Positions 37,997-51,134 of a stretch of DNA of 64,000 nt are shown piece after piece. Numbering within the stretch: the stretch's first letter is position 1; each line of letters begins with the position of its first letter. Both the position numbers and the translations under genes were made by a program. The DNA is from Heptranchias perlo. Lineage: Eukaryota. Location of the stretch: the NCBI RefSeq assembly GCF_035084215.1, contig NC_090363.1, forward strand, positions 5,022,001-5,086,000, read 5' to 3'. The notes under the pieces were generated by a model, which was given only the letters and a program-made list of their open reading frames with translations, was not told the DNA's origin and did no database searches.

Positions 37997-39853
37997 ACAG
38001 TATCTCCGCAAAGGACTGAAATAACCATTCTAACCCAATTCATTTCTTATCTAGAAGAAAAATGAACAGGAAAGCTTAGATTTAAAACTATTAATGGTGA
38101 ATATGTGGAACAGATTACCAGTCGAGGCGGATAGTGTTCAAGGGGAAATCAGATGCACATTGAACAGAATGATTGAGGCCGCATAGGATTTGAGCAGCTT
38201 TAGGACAGCGGCAAATAAGTGTGATAGTCCTTTTTTAATCCTGCACATTGACAATGTAGGAATTGCTGAATTGTCTTACAGTTGAAATTAGAATCTGACA
38301 CTTTTTTCCCGGAGAGAATATGTTAAAAAGATCTGCCATTTGTTCCCTTCAGTATAGCTTGACACCAAATCCTTTGCGGTGGTTTTTCTCTTCAATCAAC
38401 CGGCTTGAGGTTTTGATTGCCCTTGTCAATATCTGAGGACACCCTCCAATAGATTGATGTCTACAACCTTGATGCAGGTGAGCAATCAGCTGGATCTTGG
38501 TTGCGTATTTTAGGTTACCTCAGGAACTACGATTACACCTTAGGAATGTACCCTTTCATGGCAACTGCATGCACTGTTGGGAGAGCTTTAATCGGCATCA
38601 ATGCTTCAAAACAAGTTATCATATTTAATCTCGGGCCAAAGTTATTTTCATCACTTTACCTGTGCCGTTGTTGGCATTTCATTCTCTTTTCCCATAAAGT
38701 CAGGTTTCCCAGGGGTTCTTTCCTCTATGGCTGGGATACTGGAGGTTTTCTGGACCCATTAGTAAGACGGAAAGTCATATTGGAGACACTACGAGCATTC
38801 TGGGAAAACTAAAGGGTTTAATCCTTGGTTTCTGTGAATTCCATGTTACAGAAAGGGCTCATGCCATAACTCATAACATCATGGTGTAAAAATTCAACTG
38901 ACTCTGTTTTGAACCCCTTCAATCGGGTTTCTGACCTTCCCACATCATCAAAACGGCCATAACCTAATTCATGAAATATTTTTTTCTGTGTCTGTTTCCC
39001 ATGGTGTACTGTCTCATTAAAAATTCTCATCCTTGTTTTTAAATCCCTCCTTGGCCTCACCTCTTCCCCAATTTTACAACTGCCCTCCAGACTCACTGTT
39101 CCTCCAACTCCGGCCTCTTGTGGATGCCCCCCTCCCCTCGTCCCACCTTTGATGATCGTGTCTTAAGCTGGATAGGCCCAGCACTCTGGAATCCCCTTCC
39201 TAACTTCTCCAGCACCTGCTCCTCATATAAGACTCTTTAAAAACCACCTTTTTGACCAAGATGTTGGTCATCTCTCCCAACATCTTCTTTAGCTTGCATT
39301 TTTCCTTTTCTTCCGTTATTTTCGATTATAAAGGATCCCTGGATTCACACCTCCAGAATAAACAGGGAGATTTAATGAGGCAGGGAGCCGGTTTTCCTAC
39401 ATTACAACAGTGACTATATACTCCAATACTCCATTGGCTGTAAAGCGCCTTGGGATGTCCTGAGGTCGTGAAAGGTGCTCTGTATATGTTTTATCTTTCT
39501 TTCATTAAGCATATGAAATTGGCACATGACATTTGCTTAAATAATGAATAGTAAAAATGCATTAAAAATTCTTTCTTTCGGTTTATATTGTAATCGTTTT
39601 CTGATTCTTTGTGTTCTGCAAGGAGTTCGGCCCCAGTGGCTTAGTAATTTATGAAACTTCGAGTTGGGTCAAATTCCTTCGATTTCTAAGGCAGGAATTG
39701 TGCCAAATAGAACTATATTCGGCTAATTTCGGAATACCTAATTCTGCAGAAAATACAATAAGACCTATTATGCTACATCACAACAGTGACTACACTTCAA
39801 AAGTGCTTCATTGGTTGTAAAGTGCTTTGGGATGTTCTGAGGCCGTGAAAATG

Positions 39854-40345
39854 TTTTTTTTTTGTGATTTTAGGCCCCCCTTTTATAAGGCGGGGGGGGG
39901 AGGGGGGGTTAGGGTGTGTTTGTGTACAACCAAAGAAAACCAAAACCAGTGTCAAATTAAGATTTTATTATTCTTGTCCCGGATGCACTCCAGCCCCTGC
40001 GGTGCCCACCGGTAAATGCAAGGTCTTTTTTTCTTTGATGTTTCTCCTCACCTCACCTCTCATTCAATGCCTTCTCCCGGATTCAGAGGTATGCAAACAC
40101 GCAAGCAAAGGCGGTTGTTCTGCTCTGCCTTCCCCTTTTTTTCCATGGGGGATTTTGTAGAAAGAGGTTTGTTCCGGGTGTTTTTTTGTCCTTTTTCTTT
40201 TAGGCCTCCCCCCCCCCTTTTATAAGAAGGGGGGTTTAGGGTGTGTTTATGTACGAAAATCCCAAAGAAAAACCAAAACAAGTTCAAATCATAATTTTAT
40301 TATTCTTGTCCAGGATGCAGTCCAGCCCCTGCGGTGCCCACCGGT
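39854..40345 (-). mobile_element. Two retrotransposon 3' ends (Tx1-like; 39854-40013 and ~40181-40345)
   Basis: Minus strand encodes YRWAPQGLECIRDKNNKILI* and YRWAPQGLDCILDKNNKIMI*. Each is followed by CACACCCTAA-CCCC..TTATAAAA-GGGG and an A-rich tail. Confidence 0.65.
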
Positions 40346-40506
40346 AAATGCAAGGTCTTCTTTCCATGGCAGAGTAACCCAGGGCTGGGGGCGTGGCCTA
40401 GCGGGAGCTTGACTCTACCTCGTCCGCCTTTCGCCCTTATATAAAATGTCGCCGCCGCGGCTCCGCCACATCTTTGCGCGACGTCCATGAGCTTGGACTT
40501 TGCTCA

Positions 40507-41103
40507 ATGGCCGATATCGTCCCTGCGAAAGCCGATGTCTCCGCACCCACTCCTCCCGATGCCGCCGCCACCCCGGCCGTGGCCCCGGGAGCCGCCAAGA
40601 AGAAGGCCGCTTACCGGCCGCAGAAAGGCGCCACCGCGGTGGCCGAGCAGATCCTGGAGGCGGTGGCCGCCACCAAGGAGCGCCAGGCTGCCAAACTGGG
40701 CGCCGTGAAGAAGATCATCTCGGCCTCCGGCTACGAGGTGGAGAAGAGCGGCGTTCGGCCCAACCAGTCGGCCAGTGCCCTGGCCAACAAGGGCTCCCCG
40801 GTGGAATCCGGCGCCGGCCCCGGTCCGTCCTCGGCCTCCGTTCTTCTGAACCAAGAGAAGGAGGAGGAGGAGGAGGAGGTCGAGGACTGGACCAAAGGAG
40901 GCGCCAAGAGGAAACGACGAGCCAAGAAACCGGCCCAGAAGAGAGCGGCGGCGGAAGCCAAACTTGCCCACAAACCCGCCAAGAAGCGAAAAGCCGCCAA
41001 AAAGTTGCCGGCGGTCAAGAGCCCCCGGAAGGGGAAAGCGGCCAAACGTCCCGCAGTATCCAAGGCCGTGGGACGTAAGCGACGGGCCCCGAAGAGGAGG
41101 TAG
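40507..41103 (+). CDS. H1: Linker histone H1-like E (198 aa), paralog of A, with degenerate globular domain and poly-Glu
   Basis: ATG 40507 gives MADIVPAKAD...AYRPQK...AVAEQILEAVAATKERQA...KKIISASGYEVEKSG. TATATAAAA 40438 and stem-loop. Confidence 0.88.
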   Translation: MADIVPAKADVSAPTPPDAAATPAVAPGAAKKKAAYRPQKGATAVAEQILEAVAATKERQAAKLGAVKKIISASGYEVEKSGVRPNQSASALANKGSPVESGAGPGPSSASVLLNQEKEEEEEEVEDWTKGGAKRKRRAKKPAQKRAAAEAKLAHKPAKKRKAAKKLPAVKSPRKGKAAKRPAVSKAVGRKRRAPKRR

Positions 41104-41138
41104 ACGGGACAGGAGCGGCAAACCATCTGAACACAAAA

Positions 41139-41154
41139 GGCTCTTTTCAGAGCC
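41139..41154 (+). terminator. Histone 3' stem-loop of H1-like E
   Basis: CAAAA-GGCTCTTTTCAGAGCC-ACTCA. AATAAA at 41169. Confidence 0.95.
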
Positions 41155-41499
41155 ACTCACAGATTTCCAATAAAAGAAGCTAAATGCATCGATTGACGCT
41201 CTTCCCCTCCCGAATCTCACTTGAACTGGTTCACAATTTGTTGGCTGGGTCTCGTTATTAATCATAAAATCGCACAGAATGCGGCGGTTAGACCCATCGT
41301 GTCTGTGTCGGCTCTTTAAGAGAGCTATCCCAGTCACTGAATACATTTAAGAAGAAGCTAGATAGATTCCTTGACACAAAAGGCATCAAGAGGTATGGGG
41401 AGAGAGTGGGAATGTGATATTGAGATGAAGGATCAGCCATGATCATATTGAATGGTGGAGCAGGCTCGAAGGGCCGAATGACCTACTCCTGCTCCTATT

Positions 41500-43260
41500 T
41501 TCTATGTTTCTATGAAAGTTACCATTGAATCTGCTTCCATCACCCTTTCAGGCAGTGCATTCCAAATCATTAGGACTTGCTTAAAAAGTTTTTTCCTCAT
41601 GTCGCCTCTAGTTCTTTTGCCGATCACCTTAAATCTATGTCCTCTGCTTACTGATCCTTCTGCCACTGGAAACATTTTCTCCTTATTTACTCTATCACAG
41701 CCATTCATGATTTTGAACACATCTATCAAATTTCCTCTTAATTTTCTCTGCTCTAAGGAGAACAACCCCAGCTTCTCAAATCTCTCCACGTAACTGAAGT
41801 CCTTCATCCCTGGAACCATTCTAGTAAACCTCCTCTGCACCGTCTCTAAGGCCTTGGCATCCTTCCTGAAGTATGGTGCCCAGAATTGAACACAATACTT
41901 CAGCTGAGGCCCAACTAGTGTTTTAAAAAGGTTGAGCATAACTTCCTTGCTTTTGTACTCTATGCCTCTATTAATAAAGCCCAGGATCGCAAATGCTTTT
42001 TTGACAACATTCTCAACTCATCCTGCCACCTTCAAAGATTTGTGCACGTACACCACCCAGGTCTCTCTATTCCTACACCCCCTTTAAAATTGTACCATTT
42101 AGTTTATATTGCCTCTCATTCTTCCTACCAAAATGCATCACTTCACACTTTGCTGAGTTAAATTTCATCTGCCACCTGTCTGCCCATTTCACCAGTCTGT
42201 CTTTGTCCTCCTGATGTCTGTTACTATCCTCCACATTGTGTACTACATTTCAGAGTTTCGTATCATCTGCAACTTTAAAATTATACCCAAGTCCAGGTCA
42301 TTAATATATATTAAAAAGAGCAGTGGTCCTAATACCGATCCCTGGGGAACACCACAGTATACTTCCCTCCAGTCTGAAAAACAACCATTCACCACTACTC
42401 TCTGCTTTCTGTCCCTTGGCCAATTTTGTATCCACGCTGCCACTGTCTCTTTAATCCCATGGGCTTTAATTTTTCTAACAAGTCTATCATGTGGTACTTG
42501 ATCAAACACCTTTTGAAAGTCCATATGGACAACATCAACATCACCACCCTCATCAACCATCTCATTACTTCATCAAAGAACTCAATCAAGTTAGTTAAAC
42601 ACGATTTACCTTTAATAAATCTGTGCCGACTTGCATTTATTAGCCCATACTTTTCCAAGTGTCAATTAATTTTATCTTAGTTTATTGTGTCTAAAAGTTT
42701 CCCTACCACTAAAGTCAGGCTGACTGGCCTGTAATTGCCACGTTTCTCCCTCTCCCCTTTGCTGAACATTTGCAATCCTCCAGTCCTCTGGCACCACCCC
42801 CATATCAAAGGAGGATTTGAAGATTGTGGCCAGAGCCTCTGCAATTTTCACTCTTACTTCCCGAAATAATTTAGGATGCATCCCATCCAGACCGGGTGAC
42901 TTTCCTACTTTAGGTACGGCCAACCTTTTAATGACCTTCGCTTTATCTATCTTAATCGCATCTAATATGGCCACTACCTCCTCCTTTACTGTTAAATTGG
43001 CAGCATTCTCTTTAGTGAAGACAGAGGCAAAGTACTCATTTAGCACCTCAGCCATACCCTCTGCCTCCAAAAGAAGATCTCCTTTTTGTTCCTTAATTGG
43101 CCCCACCCTTCCTTTGACTACCCTTTTACTAGCTTCTCTAGTCTCTCCACATAACAAGTCCCATATCCCTGGTACCATTCTAGTAAATTTCCTCTGCACC
43201 CTCTCTAAGTCCTTGACATCTAACCTAAAACCCAGAATTGGACAAAATACTCCAATTAAT
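41500..43260 (-). mobile_element. CR1 LINE ORF2 remnant (RT to C-terminus)
   Basis: [66 protein letters not shown] and LKYCVQFWAPY in broken frames. Confidence 0.92.
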
Positions 43261-45212
43261 GCACCTGTAACCATGTTACTTTATGTGGGAATTTGTATAT
43301 TTATTTTTAACCAAAGACTAAAATAATTGTCTTTGCTTATCTTTACCCAGAGAGTGGTTAGAATGTGGAACTTTCTACCTCAGGGAGTATTGAGGCGAAC
43401 AGGGGAAGCTAGATAAGTACATGAGGGAGAAAGGAATAGAAGGTTATGCTGTTTGGGTTAGATGAAGTAAGGAGGGAGGAGGCTCATGTGGAGCATAAAC
43501 ACCAGCATAGATCTTTTGGGCTGAATGGCCTATTTCTGTGCTGAAACTTCTATGTAAATTGGCAATTTCTGCTCCTTTTCTCCAGATCTGATACCACTGG
43601 CTGCAGATCATCTGGAAAATCACCAAACTCAGGGAAAACCTAGAGGGACAATATAAATAGTATGGGATGATAAAATTTAAATCCAGGATATTAAAGCATT
43701 TCTATTTCCCCATGGATATTAACTGCATTCATGGGAAGATATCTGGAAGGTTCCTCACACTTGAAATAAGTCAATTTGTAAAATCTGGCTTCTGTTTTGA
43801 CAAATCATGAGTCCGGAGATAATTGTTGAAACTTTATGGAAATAATATTTCCTGTTGTAAATGTAATTAATGGAAAGTGCGATTTGAACAGATGTAATTC
43901 TTTTTCTTAATCGTTTTTCTGTGCAGCTTTTATTTGAAATTTCTAGGTTTAGGAATATAGGAACAGGAGGAGGCCATTCAATTACATCATGGCTGATCTG
44001 TACCTCAACTCCATTTACCCACCTTTGATCCATTTCCCTTGATACCCTTGCCTAATAAAAATCTGTCGATCTTAGTCTTGAAAATTTCAATTGTCCCAGC
44101 AGCCACAGCCTTTTGAAAATGGGATCTGGCTGGGAATTCACTACATGGCCTCGCCCCTCCCTATCTCTGTAACCTCATGCAGCCCTACAACCTTCCAAGA
44201 TCAATGCATTCCTCCAATTCTGACCTCTTGTGCATCCCCAATTTCCTTTGTTCCAACATTGGCGGCCATGCCTTCAGCTGTCTCGGTCCCAAGCTCTGGA
44301 ATTCCCTCCCTAAACCTCTCTTCCTCTCTCTCCTCCTTTAAGACACTCCTTAAAACTTATCTCTTTGACCAAGCCTTTGGTCACCTGTCCTAATGTCTGG
44401 TTATGTGGCTCAGTATCAAATTTTGTCTGATAATCGCTTCTGCGAAGCACCATGGGATGTTTTGCCATGTTAAAGGTGTTATATAAATGCAAGTTGTTGT
44501 TATTGCAGCTGTACCCCTCCTCACCTCTGCTGAGCAGGATTTTGCTGGCCGATTTGCACCACTCTGCCATTAGCTTTGCGAAAATGGCATCTCATGCTTA
44601 ACCTTCCTGTGATTTTCATGGAGTTGCTGCATTTGCACATTAATTGCCCATTAACTCGCCACAGAAAGTTAAATCTAGTAATTAATAGCAGAAGTACTCT
44701 TTTAACGAGAGATTTAAGAGAATTCCAGAGCTTTGGGCCTAGGCAGCTGAAGGCACGGCAGCCAATGGTGGAGTGATTAAAATTGGGGATGCGCAAGAGG
44801 CCAGAATGGGAGAGGCGCAGAGATTTCGGAGGGTTGTAGGGCTGGAGGAGGTTACAGAGACAGGAGGAGTGAGACCATGGAGGGAATTGAAAACAAGGGT
44901 GAGAATTTTAAAATCAAGGCATTGCCGGACCAGGAGCCAATGTAGGTCAGTGAGCACAGGGGTGATGGGGTGAATGGGACTTGGTACGAGTTAGGATATG
45001 GGCAGCAGACAAAGCCAATAAGAGTGTTGAAACATATAGACAAAACAACAGAATATAAGTCAGAGGAGGTAATGAACAAACTTTGTAATGTTCTGGTCAT
45101 GTAGCAACCTGTATACTTGCATCCACTTCTGGTCACCAGAAAACATGGCAGACATTCAAGTGCAGAAAAGAGCCTTGAGCTGGATCCCTGGTTTCAGAGG
45201 TCTAAGTTATGA

Positions 45213-45706
45213 CCCCTGAAGCTCAACGTAAGCTCGAGGAACAGCACCTCATCTTTTGTTTAGGCACTTTACAACCTTCTCGACTCAACATTGATTTCAA
45301 TAACTTCGATCATAACAACTGCTCCCATTTTTTCGGACAGCAAGTGCTGGTAATGGTTCTGGTGTTGCCACTCACAGCTACTCTAGACCGATCTTTTGTT
45401 TCTTTGTTGTCCCATTACCACCCCCTTTGCCTTGCACCATCATCCTTTTTGTCATTTAATCACTCTTGCTCTCTACCCGATCACAGACCTTCCCTTTTGT
45501 TCTTTCCTCCCATCCTCCCCCTTTTCCTGGCTCTGTACTTGCTTAAAAACTTTAACTCTTTAACATCTTCCAGTTCTGACAAAAGGTCTTTGACTTGAGA
45601 CATTAACTCTATTTCTTTCTCCACAGATGCTGCCTCACTTGCTGAGCTTTTCCAGCATTTTCTGTTTTTATTTCAGATTTCCAGCATCCGCAGTATTTTG
45701 CTTTTG
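45213..45706 (+). mobile_element. Penelope-like element 3' remnant
   Basis: EAQRKLEEQHLIFCLGTLQPSRLNIDFNNF resembles the GIY-YIG C-terminal end, followed by a TCCACAGATGCTGCC...TTCCAGCAT tail. Confidence 0.7.
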
Positions 45707-46869
45707 TCTAAGTTATGAGGATAGATTAGAGAAACATGGGTTTTTAAGCCCAGAAAGATGTCAGAGAGGTGATCTTATGCAAGATAGTTAAGAGAATAGA
45801 AAGAGTAAACCTGTAATATTATTGTAAATTAAATTGTGGGACAAGGATAAGGTGCTCCCGGTCCGGGAATGCCTCGATTTTAAAATTCTCATCCATGTTT
45901 TCAGATCCCTCCATGTCCTTGCCCCTCCCTATCTCTGTAACCTCCTCCAGCCCTACAACCCTCAGATCTCTGTGCTCCTCAAATTCTGGCCTTTTGTGCA
46001 TCCCCCATTTCCACTGCCCCACCATTGGTGGCCGTGCCTTTAGCTGCCTAGGCCCCAAGCTCTAGAATTCCTACCCTAAAACTCTCCACCTCTCTCTCCT
46101 CCTTTAGGACGCTCCTCTTTGATCAAGTTTTTGGTTACTTGTGCTAGTATCTCCTTATGTGGCTCAGTGTCAAATTGTGTCTGATAATCGCTCCTTTGAC
46201 GTGCCTTGGGACGTTTTACTACATTAAAGGCGCTGTACAAATGCATGTTGTTGATGTTGACACAGGTTCAAACTATTAAAAGGTAATTTTCTGACTGATA
46301 TCAGGAAAATCTTCTTCACACAAAGGATGATAAATGTGGAATAGGCTTCCAGATAAAGCAGTGGAGTTGATAATCCTGGGGCCATTTAGGTAACAATTGG
46401 ATATAATGGAGACTTTAGCACCTTTCTGGATCAATGAATCAAGAGGAGCGAATGACCTTCCTCATCTGTTATTGTCTTGTCTATATTTCTAAAGGATATT
46501 GGCTATGAAGTACTTTGAGATAACCCGAGGATGTGAAAGGGTGCTATATAAGCTCTTTCTCAGCACTTAAAGATTGTACCATCGCAGAAATTCCACGTAT
46601 ACATTTGCCAAAAACACAAGACTGTAAGTCTGCATATTTTCTGAAAACGGTGCGGCGCAATTCCTTGTTTACACTGGATATAAATATTTTATTTAGAAAT
46701 ATGAACCAACAGGCAATACAATTAAAGTATTAGGAAAATGTAGACTGCTGATAATAATCTTTCAGTTTCGATTAATTAGAACGAGAACCCAAATATGCTG
46801 TTCAACTTATTTCCTCGTTGCAAACTCTTCACCTCTTCTAACCACAAGGTGCCGCTGGCTAGCAACAGA

Positions 46870-47147
46870 AATTCGCATGCGCATTCCAGACGGGTATTTA
46901 TGCGTCCTTCTCTGTGCCGGACGAGAAAGAAAAGGAAACGTTTTTGCAAACAGCAATTAGCAGAAGGTTTGCACGCCGCCAACCTGATAGCATTATCTTT
47001 TTTATTATATTATACAAAATGTTTTAGGATGCTTGTGGGATCTGAGTCTCCAGGAGAAGATTGGGGGGGGGGGGGGGGGGGCAGTCCCAGCCTTGGGGTC
47101 TTGGTTCTGCTCGGAGCACGTGGGTGTCAGTGTGGAGTGCGGAGCCG
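46870..47147 (+). promoter_or_regulatory. VARS1: Probable VARS1 promoter and non-coding first exon
   Basis: NRF1-like CGCATGCGCA 46874, E-box CACGTG 47117, CpG enrichment, and strong donor CCG|GTGAGT at 47147/47148. The first coding exon has an acceptor at 48241, so an upstream exon is needed. Confidence 0.5.
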
Positions 47148-47174
47148 GTGAGTGCTGGGTTGGAACAGGGCCGA

Positions 47175-47304
47175 GTTCCATTCGAACCCCGGGCTGTCAC
47201 ACGGCGTTCCATTCGAACCCCGGGCTGTCACACGGCGTTCCATTCGAACCCCGGGCTGTCACACGGCGTTCCATTCGAACCCCGGGCTGTCACACGGCGT
47301 TCCA
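47175..47304 (+). repeat. 31-bp minisatellite, 4 perfect copies
   Basis: Unit GTTCCATTCGAACCCCGGGCTGTCACACGGC at 47175, 47206, 47237 and 47268. Confidence 0.95.
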
Positions 47305-48263
47305 CGGTGAGCACTGTCCGATCAGGGGGCGCGTTTCATTAAGGGACAGAAGCGCGGACCCGACTTACATACGAGGGATACAACCGACCTTCCCAGACCC
47401 CCCCCCCCCCCTTTTTTATCCCGTCATTTATTTCTCACGGTTGACCCGGGGGTCTGCTTTGCAATTGTTTGTTCCTTCCCTCGGTGCATCGCTCTGGGGT
47501 TCCCTTCCTGTTGGCCGTGTCAACCCGAACAACTGATGCAACACCGCAGCAGAGGTTGATCTAGCTGGAATGTTTTGAAGATCTTTAAGGTGCAGGATTC
47601 CCAATTCTCTTGCCATTGTCTTTTTTTTTGTTTCTGATCTCGGGCTGCTTCCTATTTAAGTGATCCTTACAAGGACCGAGTTTACTTTTTCTAATGCTTC
47701 ACTTTCTCTCCTGAAGGTGCTGCCTCTTGTTGGGCCATTTGTGATCTCTCCCCCTCCCCTTGTGTCCAAAAACATACATTTTCCAGCAGGGGTGGCTGGA
47801 TAATGATCAAAAGATCAAAAACAGGAACCCTCCCCCAACCCAAGGAAGGACTCTCTGGTCAATTGCTGCATCTCAGTTACTGCTCTGCCCGTCATCAGTC
47901 CTCTGCACAGATCAAATCTGGGACATTCTGGCATAGTTCCATTTATCGCCCTGCCATTGGTGGCCGTTCCTTCAGCTGCCTAGGCCTTAAACTTTGGAAT
48001 TCACTCCCTCAACCTCTCTGCCTCTCTCTCCTTTTAAGACACTCCTTAAAACCTACCTCTTTATGTGGCTTGGTGTCAAATGTTTTGTCTGATGATGCTC
48101 CTGTGAAGTCCGCTGCGGACGTTTTACTATGTTAAAGGCGCTATATAAATGCAAGTTGTTGCTGTTGTTATCAATACGGACGTTGCGGGGTCATAAAGAA
48201 TGATCTTAATTAAAATTCCCTGCTTTTTGCCCCCTTTGTAGCTCTACACCCGAGTAACTCAGA

Positions 48264-48626
48264 ATGGCCTCGCCTGCCCTCTACCTCTCTCCTCACCCAC
48301 ACAACTTTCAGAATGCAAAGGTTCTCGTCACCCTAGAGTATGGAAGGTTGAAGCTCAAGGTCGTCGAAATCAGGGGGCCCGCTGCCGGAGATACCCAGAG
48401 CCAGTTGACGCTGGCCAGATTGCCAGCGGTGGAAACCGACTCCAAACTTTGCATCTGCGGAGCGACCGCCGTGGCGCACTACCTGGCCTCGGACTGGATG
48501 AGGGGATCCGGCCCGAAGGACGAGGCGTTGGTCCAGCAGTGGCTGAGCTTTGCGGATAACGAGGTTGTTCAGCCGGCCTGCGCGTGGGCTTTCCCTGTTC
48601 TGGGCCTGCTGAAGCACAACAAACAG
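48264..48626 (+). CDS. VARS1: Valyl-tRNA synthetase coding exon 1 (GST-like N-terminal domain)
   Basis: MASPALYLSPHPHNFQNAKVLV...LVQQWLSFADNEVVQPACAWAFPVLGL. Acceptor TGTAG 48241, donor CAG|GTACGG, phase 0. Confidence 0.88.
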
Positions 48627-49608
48627 GTACGGCGACTGACAGACTTTTAACTGGGCTTCTGCGATGAGACAGTTCACGCAGCTTGTATAAACTCTGTAAA
48701 CTGGAGCTCAGGAGCTCGTCCAGAACCCTGCTGCCCGCAATCCCAACTCACTCCAAGTCCCGTTCACCCATCACCCCCCCCAACCCCGGTACTCGCCGAC
48801 CTACCTTGACTCTCAGTCCACCAACGCCTTGGTTTTCAAATTCTCATCCTCGTGTGCAAATCCCTCCCAGTCTCTCTAACCTCCTCCAGCCCTGCAAGCC
48901 CCCCTGAGATCTCTGCGTTCCCCCACCTCTGGCCTCTTGTCCATTCCCCACTTCCTACGCCCTACCATTGGCGGCCGTGCCTTCGGCTGCCTAGGCCTTA
49001 AGCTCTGGAATTCCCTCCCTAAACCCCTCTTCCTCTCTCTCCTTCCTTAAAATCTAACTATTTGACCAAGCGTTTGGTCGCCTGTCCTGATATTTGCTTC
49101 TTTGGCTCGCTGTCAATTTTCTTTCTCTGATTACATTCCCGTGAGGCGCCTTGGGACGTTTTACTACGTTAAAGGTGCTATATAAATGCAAGTTATCGTT
49201 GTATGCTATTATTGACTGAATCGATGTGAGGCGCAGCCCTGTTAGATGCTATAGGACGGGGTGAACAAACATTACTTGCAATATTACAGGAATGTAGGAG
49301 CATACAGGTCTGGAAAAGATGACACCATGCCATAGTTACATACAACGGGCAGAATTTTCCAAGACTTCGTGCCACTGGTGGGGCTTCACTCGGCAGGTGG
49401 CTTATCGGAAAAAAACGCCGGAGATACACCTGGGATTTTTCCTGATAAACCTCTGGCGGCCTGGGGCTTTGGAAACTCTGGCATGTTATCTGTAGTGTCA
49501 GCCTGGGTTATATGCTGAGGTCTCTGGATTGGGGCTTGAACCTATGACCTTCTGACTCAGAGGTGAGATTGCTACTCCCTCCTCACTCCCTCCTCTGTTC
49601 TGCCGCAG

Positions 49609-49752
49609 GCCGTTGAAAGAGCGCAGCTGGAGCTGAAGAAGATTCTGAAGTTCCTCGATGACCATCTGAGGCTGCGAACCTACCTGGTGGGAGAGGGAGT
49701 CACCTTGGCCGACATCGCTGTGAGCTGCGCCCTGCTGCTACCCTACAAGCAC
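49609..49752 (+). CDS. VARS1: Valyl-tRNA synthetase coding exon 2
   Basis: AVERAQLELKKILKFLDDHLRLRTYLVGEGVTLADIAVSCALLLPYKH (GST C-terminal motif). AG/GT bounded, 144 nt. Confidence 0.9.
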
Positions 49753-50021
49753 GTACGTAGTAAACACTTTCCAACTGCAGAGCGGAGCAGTCGACTCGAC
49801 CAAATCTTAACTAACGTCTGTATTTATAACCCGTGTTGATCCCAATAGCCTGCCAATAATCAGGTCCCAGGGCTCACGCGTGTGGACTGGGCTGTTAGGC
49901 AAGATACCGCTGACCCCTGTTCAGCTGTACCCCAGGAGAGGAGGTGGGATAAACTAAGAGGGCCTCGCCCTTGACAACTAAAGGACACTTAGTTCTGATG
50001 CCACCGCTTGCTTCCCTGCAG

Positions 50022-50151
50022 GTCCTTGAGCCCGACTTCAGGAAGCCTTACGTGAATGTGAACCGCTGGTTCCTGACCTGCGTGAACCAGCCTGAGTTCA
50101 AGAGAGCGCTGGGAGAGGTTAAGCTGTGCGAGAAGATTGTGCCTGTGACCG
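50022..50151 (+). CDS. VARS1: Valyl-tRNA synthetase coding exon 3
   Basis: [49 protein letters not shown] acceptor, G|GTGAG donor, 130 nt. Confidence 0.9.
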
Positions 50152-51134
50152 GTGAGAAATGTCCAGGTGCGTAGAGAAGTGACACTGAGGAAGAGGATGG
50201 GGGGAGGTGCGGGGAAGAGGAGAGGAGTTGCACACTAGATTTAAAATGGGGTGTCGCCATTGCGGTTTCCCAAGAAGAGAATAAAAACAAATTGGGACTG
50301 GGGAGAGGAAGTGTTTAGCTTATTCCCGTGCAGTGAGCAGGGGCCTCTGCAATTCTGTACAACACAATAAGATTGTTGAACAGTTTGGTGCCTGTTCTGG
50401 TGGTTCAGTCGGATATTTAAAAAGAAAATCCCATGGCAGAATTTGAAGAACAACTGCATTCTCTCAGCCTCTTGGCTAACGTTCCTTACTCAGTCAATGC
50501 CACCCAAAATCAGATGCGCTCGGTCATTCCTCTCGCTGCTAACTGGCATAATGCTGGCGCAGAAAGGTGGTCAGGTTTGCCTGCATAGCGATTGTGGCTG
50601 CATTCTAAAAGCCGTGGGACATTTAGGTGTGGTGTGATTTTAGGCTTTTGGATATTTATCTGCTACGAAGGTAAAATTCAATTTAGCATTAGGTCACGAC
50701 AGGCACGAGAGGAGAAACTGCATTCTCGTAAACCGGCAGTCCACACAAGGGCTGTGGGGAAAGAGCAGGGGAAGTGTGGGACTAATTGGCTAGCTCTTTC
50801 AAAGAGCCGGCACAGACACGATGGGCCGAATGGCCTCCTCCTGTGCTCTATGATTCTGTGACCCACGCACTTCAAAGTAGTTCCTTTGATTGTAAAATGC
50901 TTTCAAACTTTTGAGAGGTAATCCCTTGGCACCCAGCTTCAAGGCTTTCCTTAGCACGGACACTTGATCTGATTCCCCGCTTTCCTAAATTATGGGGATG
51001 GACATTGAAATTCGGACCTTGGAGCATTGAGCTGGCTGTGGCTGTACTTTCAGAGCACCTGAAGCATTTTGCTTTCACTTTTAGTTGATTTTTGTTTTGT
51101 TCTTTCAGTTTCTATTTCTCCAGCACTGACAAGA

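Noticed and set aside
41310-41326. Second stem-loop-like sequence GGCTCTTTAAGAGAGCT after H1-E
   Set aside because: Loop length and closing base pairs deviate from the 6-bp stem/4-nt loop consensus, and no coding relic precedes it.
47175-47304. 31-bp repeats as a CRISPR array
   Set aside because: Units are contiguous with no spacers, and the context is a vertebrate intron.
48264-50151. GST-like exons as a separate EEF1G or GST gene
   Set aside because: Splice phases join continuously to the ValRS catalytic exons, and vertebrate VARS1 is known to carry this N-terminal domain.
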